Assembly (NCBI GenBank): GCA_963831685.1
Contig: CAWHRJ010000002.1
Coordinates: forward strand, 675,188-739,187
Source: an uncultured Pseudomonadota bacterium
Lineage (GTDB): Bacteria > Myxococcota_A > Polyangia > Fen-1088
DNA: 64,000 nucleotides
Direction of reading: 5' to 3'
The notes beneath the pieces were generated by a model that was given only the letters and a program-made list of their open reading frames with translations, was not told the origin of the DNA and did not search any database. The position numbers were made by a program, and so were the translations under genes. The number at the start of each line of letters is the position of its first letter. The stretch's first letter is position 1. Of the stretch, positions 46,964-57,162 are shown piece after piece.

Positions 46964-48157
46964 CTACTTTCCGCCGTCGACGTGAACCGGAGGGGCGCTG
47001 TTCTTGAGCGACTGCGCGAGATCGCCGGTCATTGTAATTGGAGCGAGGCGCGAGACGTCCGTCCCGGTGTCCCAGAGGACCGGCACCATCTTTCTCGAAA
47101 TCGACGCGTTCAAAACCGCCGACATCCAGCGGATGCGCGACGCCGACTCCTTCTTCTTGGTCACGCCGAACTCGCCGATGAACGCTGGGATGTCGTTCTT
47201 CGTGCAGAAGCCCTTCATGTCGTCGAAGAGACCTTCCAGCTGCTTGACCTCCTCGGGCGTCCCCCAGCTGGGCATCATCTTCCCCCAGGGGGCGTCCTCT
47301 TCGAGACCGCAGAACTGATACGGCGTGTAGTAGTGCACCGAGATGAAGAGCCGCCCGGGCACGGTGTCCTTTGGCAGCTTGTACGCGGGGGCGCAGGTCT
47401 TCTTGAAGTCGGTGGCATAGCCGGTGACGATCAGCAGGCGCTTGGCGTTGTTCCCGCCGGTCTTGCGGACGGTGTCGATGAACAGCTGGTTCACGCGGGT
47501 CAGCGTCGCGTAGGCCTTGTCCTCGGAGCCCTCGCCGCTGAAGTTGGTCTCCTCGTTGAGCGCCTCGAAGATCAGCTTCTCGTTCTTGCCCGCGAAGAAC
47601 GTCGAGATCTGTTCCCAGTACGACCGGAACTTCTTCTCCGCGTCGGGGCTGAAGGTGTCGGGGCGGGGATACTTCTCCTTCACGTCGGAGTCGATCCAGC
47701 CGCCGTCCCAGTGGATGTCGAGCGCGCAGAACATGCCGGCGCGCGTGATCCAGTCGACGACCTCGGCGACGCGGCTCATCTTGTCGGGCGTGATGACGCC
47801 CTCGTCGGCGTAGGTGTTCCAGGCCACCGGCAAGCGGACAGTGTTGAACCCCAGCTTGGCCAGACCGTCGACGAAATCTTTGGTGATGAGCGGGTTCCCC
47901 CACCCGGTCTCCCAGATGGTCGTGTTGTCCAGCGTGTTGCCGATGTTGATGCCGGGGGTCATGAGGGGAACCGCCGCCCAGGCGTCGAGCTCGGTCATCT
48001 TCTCGAGCGGCGGCGGCGACGCGGTCGCGCTGTTGTGGGCGGCGGGGACCGCGTCGGCCGAGTTGAGCGGCGGCGGCCGCAGGCAGGCCAGCGAAATAGC
48101 GCCACAAAGGGCGATCGCCAGCCAGCTGGCTGACGAGGACAAGATCGTTTCGCGCAT
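46964..48157 (-). CDS. GH5 endoglucanase (xyloglucanase-type candidate), secreted
   Basis: GINIGNTLD...GFNTVRLPVAW...LIFEALNEE...VHYYTPYQF. I prefer the ATG at 48157 to the TTG at 48184. Confidence 0.9.
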   Translation of the reverse strand: MRETILSSSASWLAIALCGAISLACLRPPPLNSADAVPAAHNSATASPPPLEKMTELDAWAAVPLMTPGINIGNTLDNTTIWETGWGNPLITKDFVDGLAKLGFNTVRLPVAWNTYADEGVITPDKMSRVAEVVDWITRAGMFCALDIHWDGGWIDSDVKEKYPRPDTFSPDAEKKFRSYWEQISTFFAGKNEKLIFEALNEETNFSGEGSEDKAYATLTRVNQLFIDTVRKTGGNNAKRLLIVTGYATDFKKTCAPAYKLPKDTVPGRLFISVHYYTPYQFCGLEEDAPWGKMMPSWGTPEEVKQLEGLFDDMKGFCTKNDIPAFIGEFGVTKKKESASRIRWMSAVLNASISRKMVPVLWDTGTDVSRLAPITMTGDLAQSLKNSAPPVHVDGGK

Positions 48158-48180
48158 GGTGGTCTCGTGGGCGAGGCGGT

Positions 48181-49893
48181 TCAAGGCATCCGGTCCCGGT
48201 TGATGCCGGTGGGCGTTCTATCTGTGTCTTCGAAGCCGAACGAGTTGAAGGCTGCCAGCGTGGGGAACGCGGCGGCGGCCGGCGCCTGCGCATAGAGGCC
48301 GACCATGGTCCCGATGAAGCCGCCGGTTACCTCTGTCGCGAGGAGGCGCGTCTCGGCCGTGCCGAGCGGCACGAGGGGCGGCGCCGGCTTGCGCTGGGCG
48401 ACGTCGAGGACGGGCCCCCACCAGAACGTGTAGCGCGTCGGCTCGGCTCTGATCACCAGGACCAGCGGCGCGCTGCCCGGCGCGGGCGTGGAGGCCGTCA
48501 CCGTCGAGAGCTGGCTGCCCACCGTCTGCCGCACGAACACCTCGCGCCCGGCACCACCACGGCGCACGCCGAGCTCATAGTGCGCGTGCGGCGACCGGTA
48601 GAGCACCAGCCCGGCCTCTTCGCCTGCCCGGCCGGGAGAAAAGTCGATCGTCACCGAATAGCCGCCGCGGAGCAGCGACTGTGGGCGACCGACGAACGTC
48701 GGCGAGGTGCCCTTCTCCTGGTCGAGCGTCACCGGCGTCGGGTGAAGAGTCAGCCAACCGCGCCGCTCGGTCGTCGAGTAGCTGGCGCGCACCGGGTTGC
48801 GCAAGAAGCTCCAGGCCGATCCGAGCGTCGGCCCATCAAACCTGTCCATCACCACGGGCGATTCTTCCTGCGGCCCGTCATCCGGCAGGCCCTGCCCACG
48901 CATGTCGAGGGCGATCGGTTTGCCGTCGTTGACGACCGGCCAGCCCTGCGCGTCCCAGCGCACTGGGGCCAGGAAGGTCTCGCGTCCCAGGTGGTGCCAG
49001 TAGTAGCCGCCTTGCGGGCGGATCCCGAGGAACACCATCCACCAGTTCCCCTCGCCGTCCTGGACGAGATCGGCGTGGCCCGTGGCCTGGACGGGCACGC
49101 TCATCGGCGTCTCGCGGTGGGTGAGGATCGGATTTCGCGGACAGGGCTCGAACGGCCCCCACGGCGAGCTTGCCCGCGCGATCGTCACCATGTGGCCGTA
49201 CTCCGTCCCCCCCTCGGAGATCATCAGGTAGTAGCGCCCGGCGATCTTGTAGAGGTGCGGCCCCTCGGGATAGCGCCCGCCCGTCCCCTTCCAGACGATG
49301 CGCGGCTGCGTGAGCAGCTTGCCGGTGCCGACGTCGATCTCCGTCGCGTAGATCCCGGGCTCGATCCCCGTCGAGGTCAGGTAGACCTTGCCGTCGTCGT
49401 CGAAGAGAAGACTCGGATCGATCCCGCCGCCCGGCACGTGCAGCCAGACCGGCTCCGACCAGGGTCCCGCCGGATCCTTCGCCGTCACGAAGAAGCTCCC
49501 GCCGTGCGAGACGTTGGTGGTGATCATGTAAAAGATGCCGGCGTGGTAGCGGATGGTGGGGGCGAAGATCCCGCCCGACGGTCCGGCCGTACCCAGCGGC
49601 AGCTGCGAGTCGCGCGTCAGCACGTGGCCGAGCGACTCCCAGTGCACGAGATCGCGGCTACGATGGATCGGCACGCCGGGGAAGAACTCGAACGAGCTGT
49701 TGACGAGATAGAACCAGGCGCCCACGCGAACGATGCTGGGGTCCGGGTAGAAGCCGGGGAGGACCGGGTTGCGGTAGCTCGAGATGCGCGGCGCCGACGG
49801 CGCCGTGTCGGCAGCGACCGGCGCGCCGGCGCCCGCCGCGACCGCGAGCAGCACGACGGCGAGGCGGTTGGCGAGGCTATTGGGGATCGCCAT
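48181..49893 (-). CDS. GH43 beta-xylosidase/alpha-L-arabinofuranosidase with C-terminal lectin-like domain, secreted
   Basis: MAIPNSLANRLAVVLLAVAAGAGA signal peptide. NPVLPGFYPDPSIVRVG..FYLVNSSF..FPG.PI..S.DLVHW, EGPHLYK, EGGTEYGH. Confidence 0.9.
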   Translation of the reverse strand: MAIPNSLANRLAVVLLAVAAGAGAPVAADTAPSAPRISSYRNPVLPGFYPDPSIVRVGAWFYLVNSSFEFFPGVPIHRSRDLVHWESLGHVLTRDSQLPLGTAGPSGGIFAPTIRYHAGIFYMITTNVSHGGSFFVTAKDPAGPWSEPVWLHVPGGGIDPSLLFDDDGKVYLTSTGIEPGIYATEIDVGTGKLLTQPRIVWKGTGGRYPEGPHLYKIAGRYYLMISEGGTEYGHMVTIARASSPWGPFEPCPRNPILTHRETPMSVPVQATGHADLVQDGEGNWWMVFLGIRPQGGYYWHHLGRETFLAPVRWDAQGWPVVNDGKPIALDMRGQGLPDDGPQEESPVVMDRFDGPTLGSAWSFLRNPVRASYSTTERRGWLTLHPTPVTLDQEKGTSPTFVGRPQSLLRGGYSVTIDFSPGRAGEEAGLVLYRSPHAHYELGVRRGGAGREVFVRQTVGSQLSTVTASTPAPGSAPLVLVIRAEPTRYTFWWGPVLDVAQRKPAPPLVPLGTAETRLLATEVTGGFIGTMVGLYAQAPAAAAFPTLAAFNSFGFEDTDRTPTGINRDRMP

Positions 49894-52186
49894 AGAACGT
49901 GCCGCGGCCGTGCGTCCCGACGTAGACGCGACCGAACTTCTTGGGGTCGCCGGTGATCTGCAGGACCAGGCCCCACTGGTGCTGGTCGTCGTTGATGCGC
50001 AGCCATGTGACGCCGCCGTCGGTCGAGCGGAAGAACCCGCGCTGGCCGTCGACCGTCCCGACCAGGTAGAGCGCCGGCTTCTTCGCGCGCGGTGCCGCCT
50101 TGCCGAAGCCGAAGGCGTGGATTTGCTCGACGGCGGGCATCCGCATGAAAGCGTGGATCTGCCCGACGGCGGGCATGCGAGCGAGTTCCTTCCCCACCGC
50201 AGCCGAATAGTAGAGGCCGTCGTAGGCGGCGAGCCACAGATCGCCCTCGCGGCCGGGCGTCGTGTAGAGCCGATCCTGGCCGCCGCGGTCGTCGCCGCGA
50301 TCGGTGCGGTTGTCCTTGCCGCCGCCAGCGCGCTTGGGGAGACCGCCCGGCAGCTCAAGCGGCTTTTCTGTGAAATGAAGGCCGCCGTCGGTGCTGTCGT
50401 AGAGCTTCCCCTCGAAGAGGGCCATCGCGTAGAAGCGCTTGCCGTTCACGCGATCGGCGACCACGCGCGTCCGCGTGGGGAGGCCCTCGCAGGCCGTCCA
50501 GGTCGCGCCCTTGTCCGACGTGACGTACGGGACATCGTCGCGCGGCGTCCAGACCCAGATCTTGCCGTCGGTCGAGACCGCGATGTCCCCCTCGCTCGCC
50601 TTCTCGCTGGGCAGTGTCGCCGGCTCGTGCCAGCTCTTGCCGCCGTCCGTCGAGTAGCCGAGGTTCTTTTCCTTCTCCGGGTGGCGCGCGCGGCCGACGC
50701 GAACGATCACGCTGGGGTTCTTCTCGCCGCCGCTGACATCCTTGGTGTTGCCGAGGAACGGCGGCTTGGGGTTTCCGTCGGGGGCCGGCCTGTCGAGGTC
50801 CCTGTGCACGAACCCCGAGTAGTCGCCGATGGCGGTGACCAGCTGGGCCCCTTTCGACGGGCTAAAGAGCGCCAGCGCCACCGTCTCCTCGATGCCGGGG
50901 CTCATGACGGTCCAGTGGGTCGGGACGTTCTTGTCGACGTTGGTGAGGTCGAACGTCTCCCATCCGCCGTATCCGGTGGTGAACATCGCGTGGTCCGGGT
51001 TCGAGGGATCGATCTCGACGTCGAACAGCCAGTGGATGTCGGTGTCCTTGACGTACGGCGCGCGCGAATAGTCGTAGACGCCGCCCCCTTCGAACACCCG
51101 TTTCCAGCTCGCCCCGCCGTCGGTGCTGCGGAAGATCTCCTCGCCCTTCGGGCGGTAGAACGAGCTGGCGATCAGGATCTTGGGATCGTGCGCGTCGACG
51201 GCGACGGCGCCGTAGCCGAACTTGCGCGCGTTCTCCTTCGCGTCGGGGCTCGGCTTGTCGGGCGTGATGTCCGTCCAGACGCCGGTGCGGGTGGCGAGCT
51301 TCCAGACCGCGCCGTCGGTCATCGGCATCGGACCCGGATCCGTCCCGTAGCTCAGGAACAGCGTCCCGTCGGAGGCGAGGACCGCGTGGTTCGGACGGTA
51401 CCTGCTGGGCTGGCCGGGAACGGGCTTCCAGCTCACGCCCGCGTCGTCGCTGCGGAGGAGTCCAGGTCGGCCCATCACCGACACGCCGGCGTAGAGCCTC
51501 TTGCTCGGGCTCCCCTTGGCGCCGCTCGCCGGATCGAAGACGACGAAGACGATGCTGCTGCGGCCGCCGCCGCTCCAGGCCGGCAGCTTGGCCTCGTCGG
51601 GCGGCAACTTCAGAACGTCGGCCGGGAACGTCGCCACCTTGCTCCAGGTCACCGCGCCGTCGCTGCTCTTCCAGAGCCCCGCGTGGCGCGTGCCGAGGAA
51701 GAGGACGCGGCCGTCGTTGGGATCGACCGCCATTCGCTCGCCGTTGCCGCGCCCGGCCTCGTTCCCGCCGAACTTGATCGGCACGTTGGTGCGCGCGAAC
51801 GTGTGCCCCTGATCCGAGGAGCGCAGGATCGCGCCGTCAGGAACCTCGGGCGCCGTGTACGTGCCGCAGGCCAGGTAGACCTTGCCCGGATCCGATGGAT
51901 CGACGGCGATGCTCTCGACGCCCATGAGGTTGAGATCGGCGTAGGGAACCCAGTCGAGCATCGGCTCCCAGCGATGGGTCTTCGCGTCCCGGCGGTAGGC
52001 GCCGCCGATGTCCGTGCGCGCGTAGAGGACGTCCTTGGCCGTCGGGTGAAACACGAACCCGTCGACGAACCCGCCGCCGACGATCTGGACGCTCTTCCAG
52101 GTGTAGGGGACCGCGGCGGGCGGCGCAGCCAGCGCCGGGACCGAGCAGAAGGCCAGCAACAGGAAGGCAGAACGGGGTGTGCTCAT
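49877..52186 (-). CDS. GH74 xyloglucanase, secreted
   Basis: MSTPRSAFLLLAFCSVPALAA, then YTWKSVQIVGGGFVDGFVFHP...YARTDIGGAYRRD...W.PMLDW and repeated BNR-like S.DGG.SW blocks. Confidence 0.9.
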   Translation of the reverse strand: MSTPRSAFLLLAFCSVPALAAPPAAVPYTWKSVQIVGGGFVDGFVFHPTAKDVLYARTDIGGAYRRDAKTHRWEPMLDWVPYADLNLMGVESIAVDPSDPGKVYLACGTYTAPEVPDGAILRSSDQGHTFARTNVPIKFGGNEAGRGNGERMAVDPNDGRVLFLGTRHAGLWKSSDGAVTWSKVATFPADVLKLPPDEAKLPAWSGGGRSSIVFVVFDPASGAKGSPSKRLYAGVSVMGRPGLLRSDDAGVSWKPVPGQPSRYRPNHAVLASDGTLFLSYGTDPGPMPMTDGAVWKLATRTGVWTDITPDKPSPDAKENARKFGYGAVAVDAHDPKILIASSFYRPKGEEIFRSTDGGASWKRVFEGGGVYDYSRAPYVKDTDIHWLFDVEIDPSNPDHAMFTTGYGGWETFDLTNVDKNVPTHWTVMSPGIEETVALALFSPSKGAQLVTAIGDYSGFVHRDLDRPAPDGNPKPPFLGNTKDVSGGEKNPSVIVRVGRARHPEKEKNLGYSTDGGKSWHEPATLPSEKASEGDIAVSTDGKIWVWTPRDDVPYVTSDKGATWTACEGLPTRTRVVADRVNGKRFYAMALFEGKLYDSTDGGLHFTEKPLELPGGLPKRAGGGKDNRTDRGDDRGGQDRLYTTPGREGDLWLAAYDGLYYSAAVGKELARMPAVGQIHAFMRMPAVEQIHAFGFGKAAPRAKKPALYLVGTVDGQRGFFRSTDGGVTWLRINDDQHQWGLVLQITGDPKKFGRVYVGTHGRGTFYGDPQ

Positions 52187-52213
52187 GGGTCGAGGGTCCC
52201 CAACAGAGCACAG

Positions 52214-52225
52214 GTTTCCGGAAAC
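52214..52225. promoter_or_regulatory. Perfect palindrome GTTTCCGGAAAC upstream of GH74
   Basis: 28 nt upstream of the GH74 ATG. Related to 59443-59454. Confidence 0.35.
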
Positions 52226-52292
52226 ATACAAATGGAGAGATGCCGGGGCCAGACTCGCCCGCATCCGCCGTCCGCCGGCGCGCCCCTCGGCG

Positions 52293-53039
52293 CTAGAACC
52301 GGGCGCCGACGCCCAGCGCGACGCGCACGTACTGCGAGCGGGAGTCGCGCTTCGTCCCCAAGATGGAGACCGACTGGTAACCGAGCTGGTAGCCGGCCCC
52401 CACATTGATGAAGATCCGGTCCGACATGTCCATGGCGGCGCCGCCGCCCAACGCCAGGACGAGGCCCTTGCTCGTGCCCGCGCCGGGATGGAGGATCTGC
52501 GAGTAGCCAGGAAGGGCTTCGCCGTAGAGCGTGATCCCGTCGACGAGCGGGAACGCATACTGCACACGCGCCATGAAGTCGTACTCGGTCGAGGAGGCCG
52601 GTAGAGCGATACCGTTCCCGGCCGGGTTGGTCTTGTAGTTGACGCCGTAGATCACCTGCGGCGCGATCCCGAGGTGGAGGCCGGCGATGACCCGGTAGGT
52701 GGCCGACAGGCCGACGCCATAGGCGAACCGGGCGTCAGCCGTCGCGTCCATCGCGCCGTTCGGCGTCTTGAGCTGCCCGCGGCCCATGGGAAGGAACGCC
52801 AGGCCGACCTCGATCCGCCTGGGCGGCTGCTCCTCGGGAGCGGGCGGAGCCACCACGCCCACCGTTCCAGCGGGCGCCGGCGGCGGGGGAGAGGGCGAGG
52901 GAACCGCGGCGGGAAACGGGTCGACCCCGGACGGCGGAGCCGCGGGGGAGGGCGGCGGCGCGGGCACCGCCTCCTCCGCGCGGGCCCCGGCCCCGAATGC
53001 GATCACCATCAGACCAACCAGTATGCTTGCTTTGCGCAT
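52293..53039 (-). CDS. Small outer-membrane beta-barrel protein (OMP_b-brl type)
   Basis: Signal peptide MRKASILVGLMVIAFGAGARA, a Pro/Ala-rich spacer, alternating beta-strand pattern, C-terminal ...ALGVGARF. Confidence 0.7.
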   Translation of the reverse strand: MRKASILVGLMVIAFGAGARAEEAVPAPPPSPAAPPSGVDPFPAAVPSPSPPPPAPAGTVGVVAPPAPEEQPPRRIEVGLAFLPMGRGQLKTPNGAMDATADARFAYGVGLSATYRVIAGLHLGIAPQVIYGVNYKTNPAGNGIALPASSTEYDFMARVQYAFPLVDGITLYGEALPGYSQILHPGAGTSKGLVLALGGGAAMDMSDRIFINVGAGYQLGYQSVSILGTKRDSRSQYVRVALGVGARF

Positions 53040-53062
53040 CGTTTTCTCTCGTCTCGGCGCCG

Positions 53063-54577
53063 CTAGAAGTAGAACGAAAACCGCAGTCGAACGCTGTACG
53101 TCTCGTCGTCGAACTCCGTCGGCGGGTTGCTGTTGGCCAGGAACCAGTGCCCGCGCGAGTAAGCGCCGACCACCTTGATGTAGAGCTGCTGGAACACCAC
53201 ATACTGAACGGCCACGAAGCTTTGCCACAACCACCAGTGGTCGACGACGCCCGGAATGACGATGGCTTGCTGGTCCTCGTTCCGGGTGTAGAGGCCGCCG
53301 ATGCCGAAGAGGAGCGGGTGCCTGTCGCTCCCGTTCGAGAAGTTCGCGAAGCCCCCATAGCTCGTGCGCGTGAGGCTTGCCGTCAGGAGCTCTTTCCCGA
53401 GGTTGTTGATGTTGACGACCGTCCCCTGCGCGGCGTTGAGGCCGAACTCGACGTGGGGATTGAAGACGAACTGGATCGCGCCGCCGACCCCCTTGGCGGT
53501 GTAGTCCGTTTCGTCGGTGGCCGCCTGGCCGGTGATGTGCTGGTACTCGACGCCCCCCTTCAGCTTGAGCCAACCGAAATCGAGGATGGCGACCGGACGC
53601 GTCGCGTACGCGGGATTGCTCAGGCTTCCGGCCATGGCCAGAAGCTCGAAACGAAGGAACGGCAGCGGATAATAGTGAAGGGCGAAGTTGCCGGCGGCAC
53701 CCGACGGGCGATACTGATTGTCGTCGAGGCCGTAGAACTTGATCGGATACGCTTTCTCACCCTGGCCGACGGCGCCGTCACGCTCGAACGTCAGGTAGTC
53801 CAGGCCCATGCCGAGATGGAAGACCTCCCACCCCTCGAAGCGGCCGACCTGAAAATCCCATCGGTTCCACTGGCCGATCCGCAGCCAGAGATCGTCGGTG
53901 TCGGCGCCGCCCGTCTGCGACCGCTGGATGCTCTGATTCTCGGTGCCGACCAGCTCGACCTGTCCCTGGACGAAATAGTTGTCGAACGAGTAGGTCGGCG
54001 TCACCCGGAGCAGCATGCGTCCCTGCTGCGTCCAGTAGGCGACCTTGCTTTGCTCGAGCGAGGGGTTCGGCCCCCAGGGGAAAAACTTTTCGTACCCCGT
54101 GTCGAGCCATCCCCATCCGGAGAGGCCAATCACGAACCGGTCGCGGCCCGACTTGGCCGGCAGGTAGGGCCACTGCAGACCGTGGAAGGTGAGCCACAAG
54201 GAGCCGTACTTGAGACCGCGCGTCTGCGGCTCCGGGTAGGCCGACCCTGGCAGACGCTGGACGCCAACCTCGGTGACCGGCGGCGCCTCGACCGCAGGCT
54301 CGGGAGGTGGCGGGATCGATCCGGAGATCGCGGTGGCCTCACGTGCCGGCGCGGGCGACGCGGCGGGGCTGGGCGTCACGGGGACCGACACGATGACCAC
54401 GGCTGCCGGCGCCGGCGTGGCGGGCGCGGCCGGCGGCGAAGCGGGCGCCGCCGCTCCCGCCGGGGCGTCGGCAGGCGCCCCAGCACCGGCGGCAAAGGCG
54501 GTCGACGCTGCGGGTGCGAGTGCGAAGCTGGTCAGAACAACGACGAGGGTTTTGGTCGAGCGGACAGATGTTCTCAT
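53063..54577 (-). CDS. Large outer-membrane beta-barrel, porin-like
   Basis: Signal peptide (VVVLTSFALAPAASTAFA), a Pro/Ala-rich spacer, a long amphipathic-strand region, C-terminal ...RLRFSFYF. The ATG overlaps the GH3 stop (ATGA). Confidence 0.7.
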   Translation of the reverse strand: MRTSVRSTKTLVVVLTSFALAPAASTAFAAGAGAPADAPAGAAAPASPPAAPATPAPAAVVIVSVPVTPSPAASPAPAREATAISGSIPPPPEPAVEAPPVTEVGVQRLPGSAYPEPQTRGLKYGSLWLTFHGLQWPYLPAKSGRDRFVIGLSGWGWLDTGYEKFFPWGPNPSLEQSKVAYWTQQGRMLLRVTPTYSFDNYFVQGQVELVGTENQSIQRSQTGGADTDDLWLRIGQWNRWDFQVGRFEGWEVFHLGMGLDYLTFERDGAVGQGEKAYPIKFYGLDDNQYRPSGAAGNFALHYYPLPFLRFELLAMAGSLSNPAYATRPVAILDFGWLKLKGGVEYQHITGQAATDETDYTAKGVGGAIQFVFNPHVEFGLNAAQGTVVNINNLGKELLTASLTRTSYGGFANFSNGSDRHPLLFGIGGLYTRNEDQQAIVIPGVVDHWWLWQSFVAVQYVVFQQLYIKVVGAYSRGHWFLANSNPPTEFDDETYSVRLRFSFYF

Positions 54578-57162
54578 TGAGTCGATCCGGCGGGGGTGAC
54601 GGTATATCCGTTGACATTGACCATTCCGGTCAACGGGAGATTCGTTGAGCTGCCGCCCACCATGATCTTGACGGGGCCGGACTGCACAACCCAAGAACCG
54701 GACTGCCCCGTCGAGTCGGTCGGGTCAATCTGGAAGTAGTCGAGGTCCGATAGTCGGACCGGAATCGTGACCTGCTTCGTCTCGCCCGCCGCCAGGCTGA
54801 CCCGCGCGAAGCCCTTGAGCTCCTTGGCCGGGCGGCGCGCGGTGGTGTTGTTCGGGAACGAGACGAAGACCATGGCGATCTCGTCACCGGGAACCATCCC
54901 GGTGTTGGTGATGTTGACGACCACCGGCAACACGCCCCCCTGGCCCATCGCCGTGCACCCGAGCTGCAGGTTGCTGTACTGGAAGCTCGTGTAGCTGAGC
55001 CCGTAACCGAACGGGAAGGTCCCTTGTGACGGCGTCAGCGCGATCGCCTTGTTGTCGAACCAGCGGTAACCAACGAAGTAGTGGAAGACCGTGCTGCCCC
55101 CGCTGTTGCTGTTGCCGGCGCCGTTGAACGTGTCGTAGTCGTCGAGGTGCGCCCAGGTGAAAGGCAGCTTGCCGCCGAAGTCGTAGGAAACGCCGTTGAC
55201 CTGGCCCCACAGGAGATCGCCCAGCGCCTCGCCGCCGCGCTGGCCCGGGTACCAGGCCATAACCACCGCGGAGGCCGCCGGAAGCGCGGTGACCCAGGGC
55301 ATGTCGATCACGCTCCCACCCTCGAGCACGACCACCATCGGCTTGCCCATCGCCGCCACGCTTCTAATGAGCGCCTCCTGGACGCCTTGGTACGCAGAAT
55401 CGGTCTGCTTGGCGTCGAGGTAGAGGAACTTCCGATCGCCCGCCCCCGTGTACTCCTCCCCCTCGTCCTCCGGGGTGAGGCCGGCCACGACGACCACGAA
55501 ATCGGCGTCGGACGGGACGTCCGCCGCGGTGTTCCCCGCGACGACCGTAACCCCCGACGGGGCCGCCGCCTGGATGCCGGCGAAGGGGCCCACCGACTTC
55601 TTGGGATCAAGATCGGGAAAGACGCGGCTCGAACCAAGGTCGCCGCCGCGCACGTCCCTGGCGAAGTCGATCGTCCCACCAGTCGGCTGGTCGGGCGAAC
55701 CGTTGTTGGTCTTGTAGGGGACCTTGGCCCCTACGACGGCGACCTTCTGGACGGCCGGGCTGATGGGGAGGGCTCCCATGTCGTTCTTGAGCAGGACCAT
55801 GCTCTCGAGCGCCGCCTTGTTGGCCAGCGCGAGGTGGGTGTAGTCGCAACTGATCCTGCTGTTCGAGTAGACCGTGACTGGCTTCCCCAGCCCGGTGAGC
55901 CCGCTGGTCGGGTCGGCGTTGAAGCGGAACTTCTCGTAGAGGACCCGTCGGGCCGCCGCGTCGATCTGTCCCTGATTTATTGAGCCCGCATGGATGAGGC
56001 TCTGGAGCTGTCCGTAGTAGAGGCCCCAGGGGAGCTCGACGTCGAGCCCGGCGTTGAGCGCCTTGATGGCATTGGTGTTGAGCGTGCTGGTGTCGGGGAC
56101 GCTGGTATCACCGGGCATGGCCCACCAGTCGGACAGGATGAATCCCTTGAACCCGAAGTCGTTGCGCAGCACGTCCGTCAGGGTGTGGGTGTTCTCCGTC
56201 GACTTGGTCATGTTGACCTCGTTGTACGAGGCCATGACCGACGACACCCCGGAGTCCTGCACCACCATCCGGAAGTGACGCCCATAGATCTCGCGCAGCG
56301 TCTGCTCGTCTTCCATCTGCGAGTTGTTGGTCGAGCGGTGGTCTTCGATGTCGTACCCCATGAAGTGCTTGGCGTTGGCGGCGACGTGTTGCTGCACGCC
56401 GACCACCAGCGCGGAGGCGAGGCGGCCAATCTGGTACGGATCCTCGCCGTACGTCTCCTGCGCGCGCCCCCACAGCGGGTGGCGGAGCAGGTTCATGCAG
56501 GGCGCCAGCAGCAGCGTCTGCCCGGCGGCCTGCATCTCGTCACCGATCGCCTCGCCGACGGCGGCCTCGAGATCCAGGTCGAAAGCGGCGCCGCGCGCCA
56601 TGCTGACCGGGAACGCCGTCGAGTAGCCGACGTGCTGGCCGTTCACGAAGTCGGCCGTGGCGAAGACACCGTCGAGGTCCTCGCCCAGGTTCATGCCGCG
56701 CGAGGCGTCCCGGTACCGAAAGCCGCGGATACCGGTCGACGTGTCCTGGCTGCGCTGGATGTCGTTGAACTGGATCCCCCCGTTGATGATGTAGGGCATC
56801 CCGTACATCTGGAATGTCTCGTCTTCCAGGTTGATGTTCCCCATCGTCTTGTCGACCTTGGCCTGGATGGTCGGATCGTTGTACCCGTAGCCCTGCGAGT
56901 ACTTGTCGATCGCGTTGGGGTTCGTTCCCGCATCGGCGGACCCGGCGCAGAGGGCGACCACCGGGACGGCGTTCTCCGCGTCGCCGGTGGCCTGGACGGT
57001 GCTGACGATGTTCACGCCGGCGTCGGGAGACAGCGAACAGGTGGTCGGCACGGCGCCGCCGCCGTCCCCCGTGAGCCCCTTCGGCAACGGAAGCGAGCAG
57101 GCCGACGCGCCGAGCAGCACAATCAGGACCAGCCAAAGTCTGAGCAACTTCAAGTTCTGCAT
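54574..57162 (-). CDS. GH3 beta-glucosidase, lipoprotein
   Basis: MQNLKLLRLWLVLIVLLGASAC. GH3 blocks: LLRHPLWGRAQETYGEDP, KHFMGYD, GFKGFILSDWWAM (nucleophile Asp). C-terminal fibronectin-like domain. Confidence 0.9.
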   Translation of the reverse strand: MQNLKLLRLWLVLIVLLGASACSLPLPKGLTGDGGGAVPTTCSLSPDAGVNIVSTVQATGDAENAVPVVALCAGSADAGTNPNAIDKYSQGYGYNDPTIQAKVDKTMGNINLEDETFQMYGMPYIINGGIQFNDIQRSQDTSTGIRGFRYRDASRGMNLGEDLDGVFATADFVNGQHVGYSTAFPVSMARGAAFDLDLEAAVGEAIGDEMQAAGQTLLLAPCMNLLRHPLWGRAQETYGEDPYQIGRLASALVVGVQQHVAANAKHFMGYDIEDHRSTNNSQMEDEQTLREIYGRHFRMVVQDSGVSSVMASYNEVNMTKSTENTHTLTDVLRNDFGFKGFILSDWWAMPGDTSVPDTSTLNTNAIKALNAGLDVELPWGLYYGQLQSLIHAGSINQGQIDAAARRVLYEKFRFNADPTSGLTGLGKPVTVYSNSRISCDYTHLALANKAALESMVLLKNDMGALPISPAVQKVAVVGAKVPYKTNNGSPDQPTGGTIDFARDVRGGDLGSSRVFPDLDPKKSVGPFAGIQAAAPSGVTVVAGNTAADVPSDADFVVVVAGLTPEDEGEEYTGAGDRKFLYLDAKQTDSAYQGVQEALIRSVAAMGKPMVVVLEGGSVIDMPWVTALPAASAVVMAWYPGQRGGEALGDLLWGQVNGVSYDFGGKLPFTWAHLDDYDTFNGAGNSNSGGSTVFHYFVGYRWFDNKAIALTPSQGTFPFGYGLSYTSFQYSNLQLGCTAMGQGGVLPVVVNITNTGMVPGDEIAMVFVSFPNNTTARRPAKELKGFARVSLAAGETKQVTIPVRLSDLDYFQIDPTDSTGQSGSWVVQSGPVKIMVGGSSTNLPLTGMVNVNGYTVTPAGSTQ

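Noticed and set aside
49784-52408. The 874-aa plus-strand ORF.
   Set aside because: It is antisense to GH74.
48181-52567. N-terminal extensions of the 725-aa and 896-aa ORFs.
   Set aside because: Both extensions are out-of-frame read-throughs of the upstream genes. Internal ATGs at 49893 and 52186 give proper signal peptides.
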